A stretch of 64,000 nt of DNA from the human T2T-CHM13v2.0 reference genome, Homo sapiens. Numbering within the stretch: the first letter of the stretch is position 1; each line of letters starts with the position of its first letter. The notes below the pieces were generated by a model. It was not told the origin of the DNA, ran no database searches, and saw only the letters and a program-made list of their open reading frames with translations. The stretch is taken from the NCBI RefSeq assembly GCF_009914755.1, contig NC_060938.1; one strand, written 5' to 3'. Position numbers and translations under genes: made by a program. This document shows positions 17,400 through 33,992 of this stretch, piece by piece.

Positions 17400-19554
17400 C
17401 TACAGGTGTGCAATGTAGACATTTACTGGGAGACTTAAATAGGCTTCTGGTCTACTCTCCACTGCAGTCTTTCCTGATAGGTACAGCCGGCAGCTTCACA
17501 GCTTCATCAGGTCCACGTATAGGCTGAATGGGACAAAAGCGATGGGAACAAACTCTTGGGATCCCTCATTGGCGTTTCCTCAGGCCAAATTTTCAATGAA
17601 CTTAAAATTAATTAAAAGTCAACTTTGGATGTTAGCGACTGTCTTGGGAATTCTATCAGAGAAAGAAGCCCATTCATTGTGCTTAAATCACTTGGCTTTC
17701 TGAATGAAATCTCTTTTCAGAATTTGTCGTATCAGTTCCCTCATGTCCAGTGAGAAATGCTCCTCCTCCTCCTTTCGGAAACTCCTTAAAGTGCAAGAGA
17801 ACACACAGGGAGGGAAAAATCCTTTACTAGATCAAGTTCGCCCTCTGACCATCTGTATACACTTTGATTTAAAGGGAATCAGATAGAGGGGGTAGGTGGA
17901 GGTGTAAAGACAGGAATAGAAAGAGATCTGTGAATACATTCAACATGTGTGCTTGTTTTAGCTACTCAGGTGGAAACCACTAAGTATAAGCATGCTAAAG
18001 CCTTCAGTTTCTACTGTAGTGTTTATGCTCTTCAGTTTATATAACCCTTAACACATTGAAATTTGAGTTTTTAAGATGATGTCTCATTTGGTTAACAGTA
18101 GCCCTCAAACAAACATACACACACATGCACAGAACATACACAAACACATGGATGACACACACATGCACAGACACACATATACAATTCTGTGCTTCACAGA
18201 AATCCATTCTTCAGTCTTATAATAGGGTAATTTAAGGCAAATTATGTGACTGACAGATTGGTCCATCTGTAATGTCAACACTGATAATGCAAATATAGTA
18301 GGGATTTTAGACCTGTAAGCTTTTTCTTTTATTGTTAACGGAAAATTAATCAAATGACAGCTGAATCTGTTTCCATTCAGCCTTGTGAAACAGTGTTATT
18401 AATGTTGGGATCTGTTTATCTTCACTGTCAATCCTGGTTACAATTATTATGTTGTTAAGATAAGAAACCTTTACATTTACAGTACGTTCCTCGTTCTTCT
18501 TTTATAATCACTCCCATTACAGACACAACTATCCACTTCTGATGTAATAATTATCTTTTTAACTGTGTAATCTCTAGGACAACACTCATTAACATGCACC
18601 ACGCTGACCTCATTGTGTGTGAGCCACCAAGAAGCATCCGGGGCTGCTTGGCAGTCAGGGGGCAGTAGCCAGTTTTGCCACCCTAAATGTGCTAGGAAAA
18701 AAATATTAATATATTGCTTCCTCTTTCCATAAGGAAAATTTTTGCCTTTCTTTCCTTTGTAAACAAATGCAATTTCTCATTGCCACCATCATAAATCTAA
18801 GGAGAGAAAGTAGCCTTAAATCCATACCTGGATAATGGCTCCACATAGGACATGTTCTCCGATCTGACTTACAGCTCTTTTCCATGTTTGTGAAGACAAA
18901 CTAGCATCTCCAATCAAATTAAGTTTTCTGAACCTGCAGGCACTAGTCATGTTTGGACCATTCCCCACACAGGGAACCATATTTTCAGCCCCATGGCAAC
19001 TTCAGCAACAGTCTCTGGTAACATAGACTGACAACTATAGGCATTATAAACAGTGTGCAAGTAATATCAAAGGATAAGTGAGAAACTGGATGTTTTGGGA
19101 GAACCACCTGCAATGTCAGATGATTCCTAACAATGTGATTGTGATCATTTGACGCTGAACGGCTCAGAAACTACGTAAGTTGACTCTATACTGTTCTTTT
19201 TCATATGTACCTTGTATGTATGTTTCTAGCTATTGAACTTTTAATAGCCACTGGTATTTTTATGCTTTTAAATTTTTATTAATTAAATAAAAAGCAAATG
19301 CAACTTTGAAGTCTCCTGATTTTCTGCTACCCTGAAAACATATTCTGACTTTTCAGATCAGGTGATTACTTTCAATTATGATCAAATGCCCTCATATTTC
19401 TGATAAGTGAGTCTGTACTAGGAAAGAAGAAGGAAAGAAAGCATATGATTTCTGAGAATGAGACTTTCCCACTAAGGTAATTTTGCATATGGAAACTGCC
19501 CAGCTTTAGCTCCTTTTACTAAAATTTTATAGCAGTTGCACTCAAATCATCTCT

Positions 19555-19810
19555 ATTCATTTATTTGTTCAACACTTGACAAACATTTACTGAATGCTAA
19601 TACTCTGTGCTGAACACTGCACTGGACAATAAACTTATGTAGACAAAAGACAATCCCTACCTTCAAAGACATGGCAGTCTAATGATGAAGACAGGTAAGT
19701 GATTACCACAATGTGGGGTACTAGTATGACAGGGGTAGCCCCAGGGTGCTTTATGAGCACTCAGACTAGGGCAGGAAGGAAATAAGGATGGTTTCCTTGG
19801 AGAAATGAAG
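19555..19810 (-). mobile_element. L2 3' fragment
   Basis: ATTCATTTATTTGTTCAACA..AAACATTTACTGAATGC..TACTCTGTGCTG is a typical antisense L2 3' end. Confidence 0.6.
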
Positions 19811-21319
19811 CTAAGGATTTTAGAGTACAAAGATATCTTAAACATCTTGTAATTCAACCTTCCTTCTATAGACTATGGAAATTCCTTCTACAAAACATAG
19901 GACCAAAATTTCATCCTGTTTCTGCTTGGCTTGTTCATAGATGAATCGCTCACTGCTCTGCAAGTCCATTCGTCGCACTGTTTGGAGGCCTCATTGTTAA
20001 TAATTTATTTCTTGGGATAAGTCAAAATTGTTTCTCCTTGTAACTTCTATCTATCACCACCCTGCTACCTTTCACCACAGAAAATAATTAAATCCCTCTT
20101 TCCTTTTTCAATGTGTCCTATATTTAAAGACAGTAATCATATCCTCCCTATTTTTTTCTTTGGATTTAAATATTCCCAGTTTCTTGTAATGTTCTTCAAA
20201 TGAGAGAATTTACAAGTCACCGTAATTGTCAAAGTCCTTCACTTTGCACTTCTGCAGTTATAATTGGGAGACTGTATTTCTACTAAGTCAGCCTACCATT
20301 GCATTTAATGTTTGTTACTTGATTGAGAGGCTCTCACTCTTTCCGTATTCCAGCAGCTTTAGAGCCAAACCACTTTTTTTTTCTTGCAACTGCCCCCTAA
20401 ATCTTCTCTTCTTACTACACACTCTCTCTTAAAGGCATCAACATACTTTCAGGCACCTAGACTTGAAAACTTAAAAGTCCTCATGTGGGTATTTATTATA
20501 TCTCAGTTGGACTAATTAAATGGCTGCCAACTGGTCTTTCTGCCTTAAATCTCTCTCTGCTATAATCCATTCTTCAGCTGCCACCAAAGTAATCTTCATA
20601 AGGAAGGCTCTGATCATGTCACTCCAAGCTGATATATATGCTCTATCTTCTTAGACTTCCCCTGCACTTCTCATGGAAATTTTTTTAACCAAATATATAT
20701 TTTTACTTACCACATTCTATTCGTAATCCTATTATATACCATGTGGGTAATACCTGTGTGATTATATTTACAACCTTGTTTAATACTTCAAGTTCACTTT
20801 GTTTATTACTTATATTCTGTGTATTGATATATAATTATCCAGGGTCATAAGTATTGGTTTTTACTCTCAATCTTTTTTCCTCCCATTACTGGACATTTTT
20901 TCTAGTATGATTTTTCTTCAAAGGCCACAACTGTTGTTCTCCATAGTAACAAGGAAAAATATGTATATTGTAAGAGAAATACAAATAAAGCGCTATGGAA
21001 GATTCAGAGTGAAAGAGATTGCCTCCAGCTTGGGGCCAAGACAGACAAGAGGAGACCCAGGAAAATCGTCATGAAAGAGGCAGAATTTGAGTTGAGCCAT
21101 GAAGGATGGATAGGGTTTTGGGACTGGGTTACAGAAAGGGCATTATTGGTTTTGGAATTTGCAAAAGAAAATAAATGGGGAGTGGGCAAAGAATTTTGAT
21201 AGGTCTCATTGCCAAGAACATAAAGTACAATGAGAAAAGAGAGATAAGGCCCTAAGAGGAAAAGAGGCATCAGATCACAATGTAGTTGAATATCAGATGG
21301 AGGCATTTGATGCCATTAA

Positions 21320-21625
<306 letters not shown>

Positions 21626-21650
21626 ACAAATTTCCAATTTAGAGTGATCA

Positions 21651-22076
<426 letters not shown>

Positions 22077-22739
22077 TCATGTGTTCCCATTTGAATCAGT
22101 TGAAATATGTAGAGGTTAGTAGGTTTGATGACCCTTGCCACATATCACTGTATAATACAGGAAGATGGAGACACTTCCCAATTTGCCATCACATGATGAC
22201 TTTAGGCACAGATGCCTTTGTACTATTCAGTGCGGTGTCACTGATCATCATAATGTGTCTCTTCCTCCTGGGGACAGCTACAGAATTTCTCCCAATTGCT
22301 AAGACTTGTACATAGCCTTTAAGATTCCTCTGAGTATGCTCTCTGCATCCTCTTCTGAGAATCTCTGGGTTCACCCTTCAAAGAAAGAATCTCTTACCTG
22401 TTGCATGGCTCTAATGCTGCCAAGTTTCTCCTCCTCCTCCTGTTCCTTGTCCCCTATATTATATTTCTTCACTACATAACTCCTGCCACTGACTTTTTGC
22501 CATTTCAGTGTATGTGATATTTTTTTCCATCTGACTTCTATCTAGTCAACCTGAGCACTCTAACCTCTCCAAAAAGGTAGTTGAGTTTCTTTGCCCTAGA
22601 ACATGGATTTTTAACCTAAAGTTCACAGGGGCAGCCCCCAACACATACATATCCAAGGTGTTTGTGCATAGAATTCTGGGGGTCCATGAAATTGGATGGA
22701 AAAAAGTCTATAATTTCATTAACTTCTTATGGAAATTGA

Positions 22740-23383
<644 letters not shown>

Positions 23384-23518
23384 AGCTGTTGTAAAAATTA
23401 AATGAAGTTTTATATCTATGTAATTAGCACAGTGTCTGTTAAATAGTAAGCATTCAATAGATAAATAATAGCTATTATTAATGATAATTATAGTTCATTA
23501 TTATAGTTGATAATACTA

Positions 23519-23598
23519 TTAGGTTCGTGCAAAAGTAATTGCGGTTTTTGTTGTTACTTTTAATGGCAAAAACCACAATTACTTTTATATTAAATAAC
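23519..23598. mobile_element. MADE1 (Hsmar1-derived MITE)
   Basis: TTAGGTTCGTGCAAAAGTAATTGCGGTTTTTG..TTACTTTTAATGGCAAAAACCACAATTACTTTT follows the palindromic MADE1 consensus; outer right TIR decayed. Confidence 0.9.
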
Positions 23599-23639
23599 AA
23601 CTATGAGTCTATGTGACTTCCTCCTCAACTCTGTCAAAA

Positions 23640-23940
<301 letters not shown>

Positions 23941-24173
23941 TAAGAAATGTTTTCTAATAGACTTTTTTCTTTAGAGCAGTTTTCAATTCATAGCAAAATA
24001 GAGCAGATAGAGATTTACCTCGAGATATGTTTTTTTTGTCTAAAAACATTCATCATTAAAAGTATTCTGCAAAATAGTGCTAATGAGAAATTCAGTTCAT
24101 TTCAATTCAACAAATATTTATTAAAGAATTATTGTGTGCTGGGCTATATACTGTGTGCAAGATGATGATGATG

Positions 24174-24481
<308 letters not shown>

Positions 24482-24855
24482 TAAAATGGTAAAACCTGGC
24501 TTTCTGCCCTGTGTAGCTCATGGTCTAGCTGGAAAGATAATCATGTAAACAAACAGTTATGATAACTTGTAATAAGTGCTAAATATTAGTATTTGCAAAG
24601 TGCTGTGGCAACTTGGTAGACAGAAGGATTCTTTGGCCAGGCCAAGGAATGAATCGCTGGAGCTGGAAGGCCTCACAGAGATGATGCTATTTGAGCTGTC
24701 TGGAGGGATGAGTAATGGTTTATTAGGCAGAAAGAGTACAGAGAATTGCCACAGAATGCCAAGAACAACAGTGTTTCCAGAATGTAGGGTGTGGGAATAT
24801 ATAGAGATGAACCTGAAAGGGCATTTAACCCCTGGGCCAGGTCAAGTGTTGTAAA

Positions 24856-25325
24856 ACTTGCTACTCAATGTGGTTCCAGGACCAGCAGCATCTGTATCAC
24901 CTGGGAGATTGTTAAAAATGCGAATTCTTGGCCCCGTGAGGTGGCTCATGCCTGTAATCCCAGCACTTTGGGAGGCCAAGGTGGGTGGATCACTTGAGGT
25001 CAGGAGTTAGAGACCAGCCTGGCTAACATGGTGAAACCCCTGTCTCTATTAAAAATACAAAAATTAGCCAGGTATGGTGGCACATGTCTGTAATACAAGC
25101 CACTCAGGAGGCTGAGGCATGAAAATCACTTGAATCGAGGAGGCAAAGGTTGTAGTGAGCTGAGATCATGCCACTGTACTCCAGCCTCGGTGACAGAGCG
25201 AGACTCCATCTCAAAAAAAATTACAAATTCTTGGGCTCCACCCCTGTGTCTACTGGATCAGAATCTGTATTAGTGAAATCTCCAGGTGATTTTATATACA
25301 TATTGAGGTTTGAAAAACACTGCTG
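24856..25325. mobile_element. MER5-like hAT DNA transposon relic split by an Alu
   Basis: GGACCAGCAGCATCTGTATCACCTGGGAGATTGTTAAAAATGC on the left and ATCAGAATCTG..TCCAGGTGATT..TTTGAAAAACACTG on the right of the Alu. Confidence 0.75.
24930..25220 (+). mobile_element. Alu (AluS-type) inserted in MER5
   Basis: Sense dimer; AATTCTT duplicated on the flanks. Confidence 0.95.
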
Positions 25326-25798
25326 TAAAACCTTAAATGCTAGGCTAAGATGTTAAGCCTTTATTCTGTGGTCCATGTGTGTTATAGATCTGGTTTCTAG
25401 AAAGTAAATCTAATAGCAGCACCAACCAACAGATTGGAAAGTGGAAAGCAGAAAGCAGGGGGCTAGATAATAGATGCTTTCCACAATACTCTATGATAAA
25501 GTTTTTACTGGCCATCTTCCCCAGGTGAAACTGGCAACCAGTCCTGGTTTCATGGCTGAGCTCTGCTAATCTGAAGAGATGGGGTGGATAGTTAATGGGG
25601 GCTTAGAGCATCATCATATCAGCCATTAACTGGAGGGGAGGCAGTTTTCCCTTGATACTGCAATTACTTGCCCCATGCCTGGAATGTTTAAACTAGATAT
25701 TATCTTGTATTTTATCACTGCTATTTTAGAAAAAAAAAGAACAAGAAGAAGAAATTCTGCAAACTTCCATCTCCATTAATATAAGAACTAGTTTGTTA

Positions 25799-26101
25799 GG
25801 CTAGGCACGATGGTTCATACCTGTAATCCCAGCACTTTGGGAGGCCGAGGCGGGAGGATTACTTGAGCCCAGGAGTTTGAGACCAGCCTGGGCAACATGG
25901 TGAAACCCTGTCTCTACAAAAAAATTTAAAAATTAGCCAGGTGTGGTGGTGCATGCCTGTAGTCCCAGCTACTCGAGAGGCTGAGGCAGGAGGATCATTT
26001 GAGCTCAGGAGGTTGAGGCTGCAGTGAGTCATGTTCACAACACCGCACTCTAGCCTGGGTGATACAGAGAGATCTTGTCTCAAAAAAAAAAAAAAAAAAA
26101 A
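25799..26101 (+). mobile_element. Alu (AluJ-type)
   Basis: Sense dimer with poly(A). Confidence 0.95.
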
Positions 26102-26519
26102 GAATTAATTTATTAGATGTTTGATGTAAATTTCAATGGCCTAATGAACTAGTAGCACTTAAAACTAGTAAGTATTACTAATAGTGACAATTCAAAATAT
26201 ATTAACTTTCATTTCTTAGCAGAATACCTGTTCTTCTAAAATTAAAGAGTATTTATTATCTTCAAGAAAATCTCCCTTCTTGACCAACATTGCATCCTAA
26301 TGTATACCTGTGATTCTTTCTTTATTGTTGGTGTAGCCAGCAGAGTGATGTCTTAGAAGTATCCATAACCCCATATTTTATAGCAGAAACATATCGGAAG
26401 GAGCCCCACAGCAGTTCAGCCAATGGACACACCTATCCACTCTTCCTACCTGACTATGGACAAGTGGGAGAATTAGAGCTTAGTTACTAAACCAAGTTCT
26501 AAATATACCATCACCACCA

Positions 26520-26532
26520 CTCTCTCTCTCGT

Positions 26533-26581
<49 letters not shown>
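26520..26581. repeat. Compound (TC)n(AC)n microsatellite
   Basis: Directly visible. Confidence 0.97.
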
Positions 26582-26582
<1 letters not shown>

Positions 26583-27082
26583 CTTTCTTCAGAAATTTCT
26601 CCATTGGTGTCATCTGTGAACAAGGCTAGCCCCATAGCAGATGCAGAAGAAATGAGGACATACATACTAAATTAGGAAAAAAGACAAAAATATAATTTCA
26701 CTTTATTATTAAAGCAAATACAAATGTGTATAGAAAACCACCTTGTAACTTGATTTGAACATTAAGTCCCTTGTTACATAACAATGTATTGGAAGTATGT
26801 AGGGAGCATGGCCTGTTGACAGGGTTCAGGAATGTCACTACAGATTGTATCACTTGAGAAAGATTTGGGAACAGTCTAGGCACTCCCTCTCCGAAAGAGC
26901 TATGGAAGCTAGACAAAGCTCTCTAATGCTAGTAGCATGCCAGGTTTTCTAAGAGATGTATTTTCACTTTTTTTGTTTTCCTAGTGGGATTATTACTAGT
27001 AGGATCTACTAGGATTACTACTACATCATAGAAAAACAAAAACAAAATCAAACCCTGTACTATTTTTCTCAAAATCAAATAG

Positions 27083-27454
<372 letters not shown>

Positions 27455-30400
27455 TAGTAAAACTCACCATACAGATTAGTTTAAACACATTCAATATTTT
27501 ACTAAGTCAGCTCACTTCCAGTGAATCAAGGGTCTAACAATGACTACTGAGGTTTAAATTGGGACATAAGAATAGTACTTTTTCCAATTAACTTTCTAAG
27601 TAGAACAAAGCCATTAGCCACTCTGCTCCTGTCCTTATCTCCCTTGTCTTGGTGACCAGGGGAAATGCCAAACATCCTCTGGTCCTGACAAAGACAGAGT
27701 GGGAGAAAGGTGATGAGCTACGGATGGACTGGCAAGTCCATGCCAGCTGTAAAAAGGGAAATTTTAAAGCCACAGCAGTCTTTTTGAGAACCCATTGATG
27801 CTAGGCACCACAAGAAGGAAACCTGCATTGGCAGATTTTGTTATTTTTTTAACTTGACCCTGACAATACCTGCTGGGTTACCTGCACTTTCTGCCAAAGA
27901 CGTGTCAAATGAGGGAGGAAGTTTGCACACCTGGTGAATTAAACCTTACAATACCATTTGGAGAGATGAAAGAGAGAGACAGGCAACTACAGAAAAGAAC
28001 AGAGCCAAGAAATAGAAACTAGGAGGGAGGAGGAAGAGTAAAGAGACAAACAATTTGAAGGAATTCTTCTATGATATTTTCCAAGATCACATTACACCAC
28101 AGGGACAGTAATAATTAAGTATTATAGTAGCCCCAGAGTGGGACAATTCACTACTCTGGGTTTGAGTTTTTGTACCTGGAACTCAAAAGCAAACTGCATC
28201 AGCCACTATGTCTATCTTAGATTTTGATGACCTGTTTGGCTGGGCTGCTTCTCTATGGCGTTTCCAAATGCATATAATTAAACATTAAGTGGTCTCTTAA
28301 TGGACTGTCTTTTCCAAAAGGGCCTTTGTTTAATTTACAATCACCATGTCCGTAGAAAACACTAAGTAATTGCTTTTGCCCATTCCAGTGACATTTTGGC
28401 CATTCCTTTAACAGCCCTGTTTTTCTTTCTTTCTTTCTTTCTTTCTTTCTTTTTTAATCAGGAGTCATTTGAGGCAATTGGAGAGGGTGAAGGAGTGGGT
28501 AGTTTCAAAGACATTTAGCCAAAGCCAAGCTTGTTAGCAGCAACTGTCACACAACAGGGCCAGGACACATGACACCATATGGAGCTTCAGCAGCCACAGA
28601 CACCAAGACCCACATGTGTTCTCAGTGCGGAGCACCTTGTGTGCACCAACCTCCTTCCACACATCTGGGACACCCAGAGAGAAACAGAGACTTGGGTAAG
28701 GAGTAGCACACACTGTGCTTCCTTCTCTCCATTAGAAGCTGAATTCTATTCAAATGTATCTTGAAAAATAAGTGTTATTATTCATTAGAGTGCTGACCAA
28801 CATGAAGCTTCTGGTATTATTTCCATTTCCATACACCTTTAAACCCACTGCTGTTTCCTTTGGACTCAGAAGTTTCTGGCTCCTGTAATCACCACCCATC
28901 ATTATGTTCTCCCTTAACAACAGATGTGAATTCCAGGGAAGCTGAAACCTTGTGTGTTCTAGACATTGAATGGTGTGTGGTACAGAGAAGACCCTCAAAT
29001 ATTTGCTGAATGAATAGATACATCTTTATCATGGCCTAATTTTCCTAAATTCCAAAGAAAGTTTAAGTGGAAACTTAATTTTGAGTATGTCTGACACCTG
29101 AGAACCCTTTCCTGTAGCCATTCTAACATACACTTTAATGTCTCTAAGGCCAGAAAAACATGATTTTTTAACTCATGTAATTGTGAGTAATGCAGTTAGT
29201 GTCTGCTGTTTGCAGAAATTTACAGAAGACACGAGAAGTTAGCATGTGTTTGGTTATTCTTTTCAATCTCCTGAGGAGGTCAAAGCTGAAGTATCTTCAA
29301 GGTAAATGCTGACTCTTAAGTAACTACATTTCCCATGTAACAAGTGCAAATCCACATGAACCTACAGAAATCCCTTTGGCAAAAACATCATTAATGACAC
29401 AGCTGTCAAGAGAATTTTAAAAATAAGTTTTTAAGAAGCATACTGTTAGATAAAATGTAGATAGAAACTCACACCTAACAGGTCATTTAATAGTAAGCCC
29501 AAACCTCTGTTAATGCTGGACAGTTCCCCATGGCTTACTTCCAAGAGTTCTTCCTTCCCTAGTTTTGAATGTTCTAAACTGAAGTTTCTGTCACTTGGCC
29601 TTGAGGGACTCTTCTGTAGCTTGTGAGAGGTCATCACTGAGAGATTTCTTGTTTTCATCTCTTTACTCCAAATTAGCCCCTTGGATGACCCTGGACAATT
29701 CTTCTGCCTGCCTGGTGGGTGGTGCCTTTTTAGACACTTGTAGGTGGTTATCAGGTCCTTGCTCCATTGCAAACATCACAAAAAAGATCTTGCCTCCTGC
29801 TTGTGCCCTGGGACACGTTTTGATTTTGCAATCTCAAACAAATTGCTTGTTTGCACGGACCTGTGTGCTGAAGAACTGCTGAAGCTGGCAACTAAAGAAA
29901 GCTTTGCTTTTGGCAAATGTGGTCCATTTTGCCTATTCAGAATTTCTTGAGATATTAGCCCCTCTAGCCACTTACTCATTTTCTCTGTAATTCCTTAGAG
30001 AGCTGAATTGCCATCTTCAGTAAATTCATTTGAACAAATTCACTACCCTGTTCTCTTCTCCTTCTGCCATTATCCATACTAGTTGATTTGCATAAAGTCT
30101 TTTTTATTCCCAATTATTTTCTTACTTCATTTATAAACCAAGAGCCCATTTACAAGTCTTCATTACTTTATTACTAAACTGCTTTACACCACTTTTCTTA
30201 TTAAATGCCAATATTTAGGGAGGAAAGTATGAAATGTGTTGGCAGCTCTGTTTGAGCCACATTTAAAAGGAAATTAAGACCATGTTTCACAGTGTTTTTA
30301 TAGATGAGAAGGGTAATAAACATTGCCCACAGGCTGAATTAACCTACGTTCTTTGGTAATAAACATGCCAGTATCATTCTCAATTAAAGAACAGGTTGTT

Positions 30401-30879
30401 GTTCAGAGTGCTTGAACTAGAGCTACTTGCAGTGATGGAGAAATACTTTAAATCTTAGATGGAGAGGACTAAAGTGTGATCTAAAGACAGTGGGGTGGTT
30501 TGTTTGTTACAACTTGACCCCCTTGTAAAATTTGTCTTTGTTCTTACTTTGTTCTTACTTCCTTTTTTCCTAATATATTTGCAGATTTCTAAATTCTTAT
30601 GGTTTCTTTGACTGTTCAAAAAAAGATACAGAATAGATGTGACAAAGACAAATACAATACAAAATGAATTTAGCCATGCAGTTATGCTACATATGTAGCT
30701 TGATATGTGGTATATAATATTATATCATCTCTCTTCTTGAATTCTTCCTACCATATCAGTGTTCCTGTCCTTTTAGTAAAATGAAAGAGTCAGCATTAGT
30801 TCATCAAGATTTCTGCTCTGACTCAGTGTAGCTGGCTAGAAACTGACTACAGTGAGAATGACAATAACAAAGGTATCTC

Positions 30880-31110
30880 TAGCAGGCAACATGAATTGAG
30901 CACTTACAACCTGCCAGACACTTAATCCTCACAACAATCTGGAAACTAGAAAGTGTTATTTTTCCTATGTTGTAGACAAAGATCCTCAGGCTCAGAGTGC
31001 TTAAATAATCTTCATGTGGACACATCTACCATGTTGTAAAGAACCTTGGATTTAAAACCAGACAATCCAACACTAGAGGCTGAATGCTTAAACACTGTCC
31101 TTAACTGCTC
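30880..31110 (-). mobile_element. MIR fragment
   Basis: TTAATCCTCACAACAA..CAGGCTCAGAGTGCTTAAATAA..GGATTTAAAACCAGACA resembles antisense MIR. Confidence 0.6.
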
Positions 31111-31148
31111 CCCTGGTGAAACTAGAGGCCAATATTTTAAATAATTTT

Positions 31149-31464
31149 TTTAAAGTACCAATTTACATCTTTTTTTTTTTTGAGACAGGGTCTTGCTGTG
31201 TCACCTAGGCTAGAGTGCAGTGGCACGATCTGGGCTCACTGCAGCCTTGACTGCCTGGGCTTAAGTGATCTTCCCACCTCAGCCTCCTGAGTAGGTGGGA
31301 CCACAGGCGTGCATCACCATGCCCAGCTAATTTTTAAAATGATCTGTAGAGACAAGGTCTTGTTATGTTGCTCAGACCAGTCTTGAACTCCTGGGCTCAA
31401 GCAATCCACCTACCTTGGCTTCTAAAAGTGCCAGGATTACAGATGTAAGCCACTGGGCCCAGCC
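31149..31464 (-). mobile_element. Alu (AluJ-type)
   Basis: Antisense dimer; AATTTACAT on both flanks. Confidence 0.94.
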
Positions 31465-31884
31465 CTAATTTACATGTTTTAAAGCACCTGGAAATCTTAT
31501 CTTCTTATTAAATACTGTTGTATGAGGGTTTCTATAATGTTGAGAGCCTAGAGATATAGACCAAAACAACAATCAATTTGTATATGAGGTTGGGATAAAA
31601 TAAACCAAGGCTCAGGAAAAGCTCAAGATATTCAGGAAAGATAAGCAGGATGAGCCCAGATTGCACTTCTATAAGGGAAGGTACAGACTTCTATTGGCAC
31701 CATACCTACTAAGTTATCAATGAAACACACAGGTGTAAAGGTTCCAGAACTAAAATGAAAACTGGCCTCTGGAAAGTGGTAAATTTGCCAATTTGGACAT
31801 ATCTTGGAAAGGCTAAGTAAATCACCTTGTCCAGTGCCCTGCTTATTAGTTAAGATATATGCAAATCATTTCAGTATGGGGGAT

Positions 31885-31989
31885 CAATCATATCACCATC
31901 ATCACTATCATCATCATCATCATCATATCACCATCATCACCATCATCATCATCATATCACCATCATCATCATCATCATCATCCTCATGA
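31885..31989. repeat. Imperfect (CAT)n trinucleotide repeat
   Basis: About 105 nt of CAT/CAC units. Confidence 0.95.
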
Positions 31990-33992
31990 AGACATGGCAG
32001 CACTAGGCCAAAAGAACAGAGGCCTAGTCTCCTCTCCTTCTAGGCTCCGGGCTCTAGCCAGACCACCTCTCATGGAGCAGATACTAAGGAAAGACAGTTC
32101 TGAAATTGTAATCCCTTCCAAATACTCTAACCATGGTAGTTTACCTCTTATCTAACCAGGCAAATGCTGTGACTCTCTTTATGCTGTTTGAAGCTTATAT
32201 CAGCAAGACACTGGAGCCAAAGCCAGTCTTAAGCAGTGACAATACTTCAATGTTTATTCCATGCCCTATTTCCTCACAATCACTTAGACAATCATACAGC
32301 GTTACAAAATGCACCACGTTATCAGTCAATCAGTGACTTTTTATCATAAGGAGTGTTCCTTTACCAATTGTATACAGTGCACCCATACTGTGGCTACTCT
32401 GTTTTCCCATTAGTAATTATAGCTTGTGTTTATTGAGTGTATTATTTTTGGGAGAAGATACCAAACAATGGGGTAGGGTTTGCAAATACCAGTTAATTAA
32501 AAAGGTAGGGCAGCAAACAAAGAATCTAGGAATGAAGTTATTGAACAACATAGTGGGATGTCTTTGTGACATCGTTTGCTGAAGGCTAAAATTCTATATA
32601 TGACAACTTGGTCTTTGATCCTATCCAAAAGAATGTTTTGCCCATTTTTTTTTTTTACTTTTAACATCAATAACCAACTTCCAACACATGAATCTTAAAA
32701 AATGTATTGTTAAATTGACACCTCTTCAATTTTTATCTGTCAATCCTCTCTAGAGCAATCTAGCAAAATCAAATCTAATCATTTAAACTATGATATTGGG
32801 GTAGCAAGGGCAGAATAATTCCACCAGGCAGTAAAAGCACATTTCTATAACTTCAGGCTAGAGCTAAATGCCCTGGGATATGAGGCTAAAATTGTTCACT
32901 CTACGTATTTGAAAAGTGCAAATAGTATCAGTTCCCCTGCAGGCCACTTAGCCTCCTTTCCCTGCAGGCACCAAAACACAGGACAGTTTTTGTTCACTAG
33001 TACTCCCCTTTCCTTAATTCTCCACTGTTCTCCCCACTTTCCCCTGCCCCTTCTTGCCCTGAACTGATGCTAAATGAGCATATGATCTGTACTGACCCTG
33101 CCGGTTGCAAAAATAAAGCTGTTTTCAAAACAATAAAACCAATTCTAGATAGGACTTTGCATTTTATTTTTTAAGATGTATTTTCCCTGTACTGTTTGGC
33201 AAAAACATCTACTTCCACAGGCTTTTTCTAGTCATAGTCACAGTGATCTCCTTCACAGTTTATTGGGCAGGGAACACACACAGTTACCTTTCTAACCCTT
33301 CTAATTTGTGTTGGATTCTAAGCTCCCACATCTTGGCCCTCGGGCATTTTCCTTGATAAAGCCCTCCTACCTTACAGTCCAAGGAAGACCAAAGACTTTG
33401 GATATGAAATTTTTAAAGTAACCACTGAAGAAGAGGCTTCAATTGTATTGGCCCAACTGGCAATCTATGGAAGGCCACATGAATTGCTTAGAGATAATAC
33501 TCTCGCCTTTCACCTTGCAGTCACCAGTTTGAATCAAGCAGAGATTAACAGTGTCCAAGGGTTGTTATCATCTGGTGATGCCTTGGGAGCTGATATGAAA
33601 TAAATTACTAGTATCTTGCATCTACTTACCGGAGGTCACCCAGTTCAGACTATTTTGGGGACCAGATCCAAATCTTAGCTACAATGGTTACTCTAAATGG
33701 AAGCCTCTGCACAAGGATCAAATGCTAAATAAACGCATAGATTATGCTACCTCTTGCACTAATGGAAGATATCCTCCCAGACAAGGGTGGAAGCCAGGGA
33801 GTGATGGGTGGGAGCAATGGGCAAAATGTGTGTATTCTGAACAACAGGCTTCTGAATATTTAGTTAAAATTCTACCCTGTCTCTCTTAAAGGTGATTTTA
33901 CCATCTGATCTTGATTTCCTCACCTGATGGTACAGCCATGCTCTCCTTCTGACTCAGAGCTCTCACCTCTTTTACCTATTGTTTCATCCACG

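Noticed and set aside
31804-32155. His/Ile/Ser-rich ORFs
   Set aside because: Translations of the (CAT)n microsatellite.
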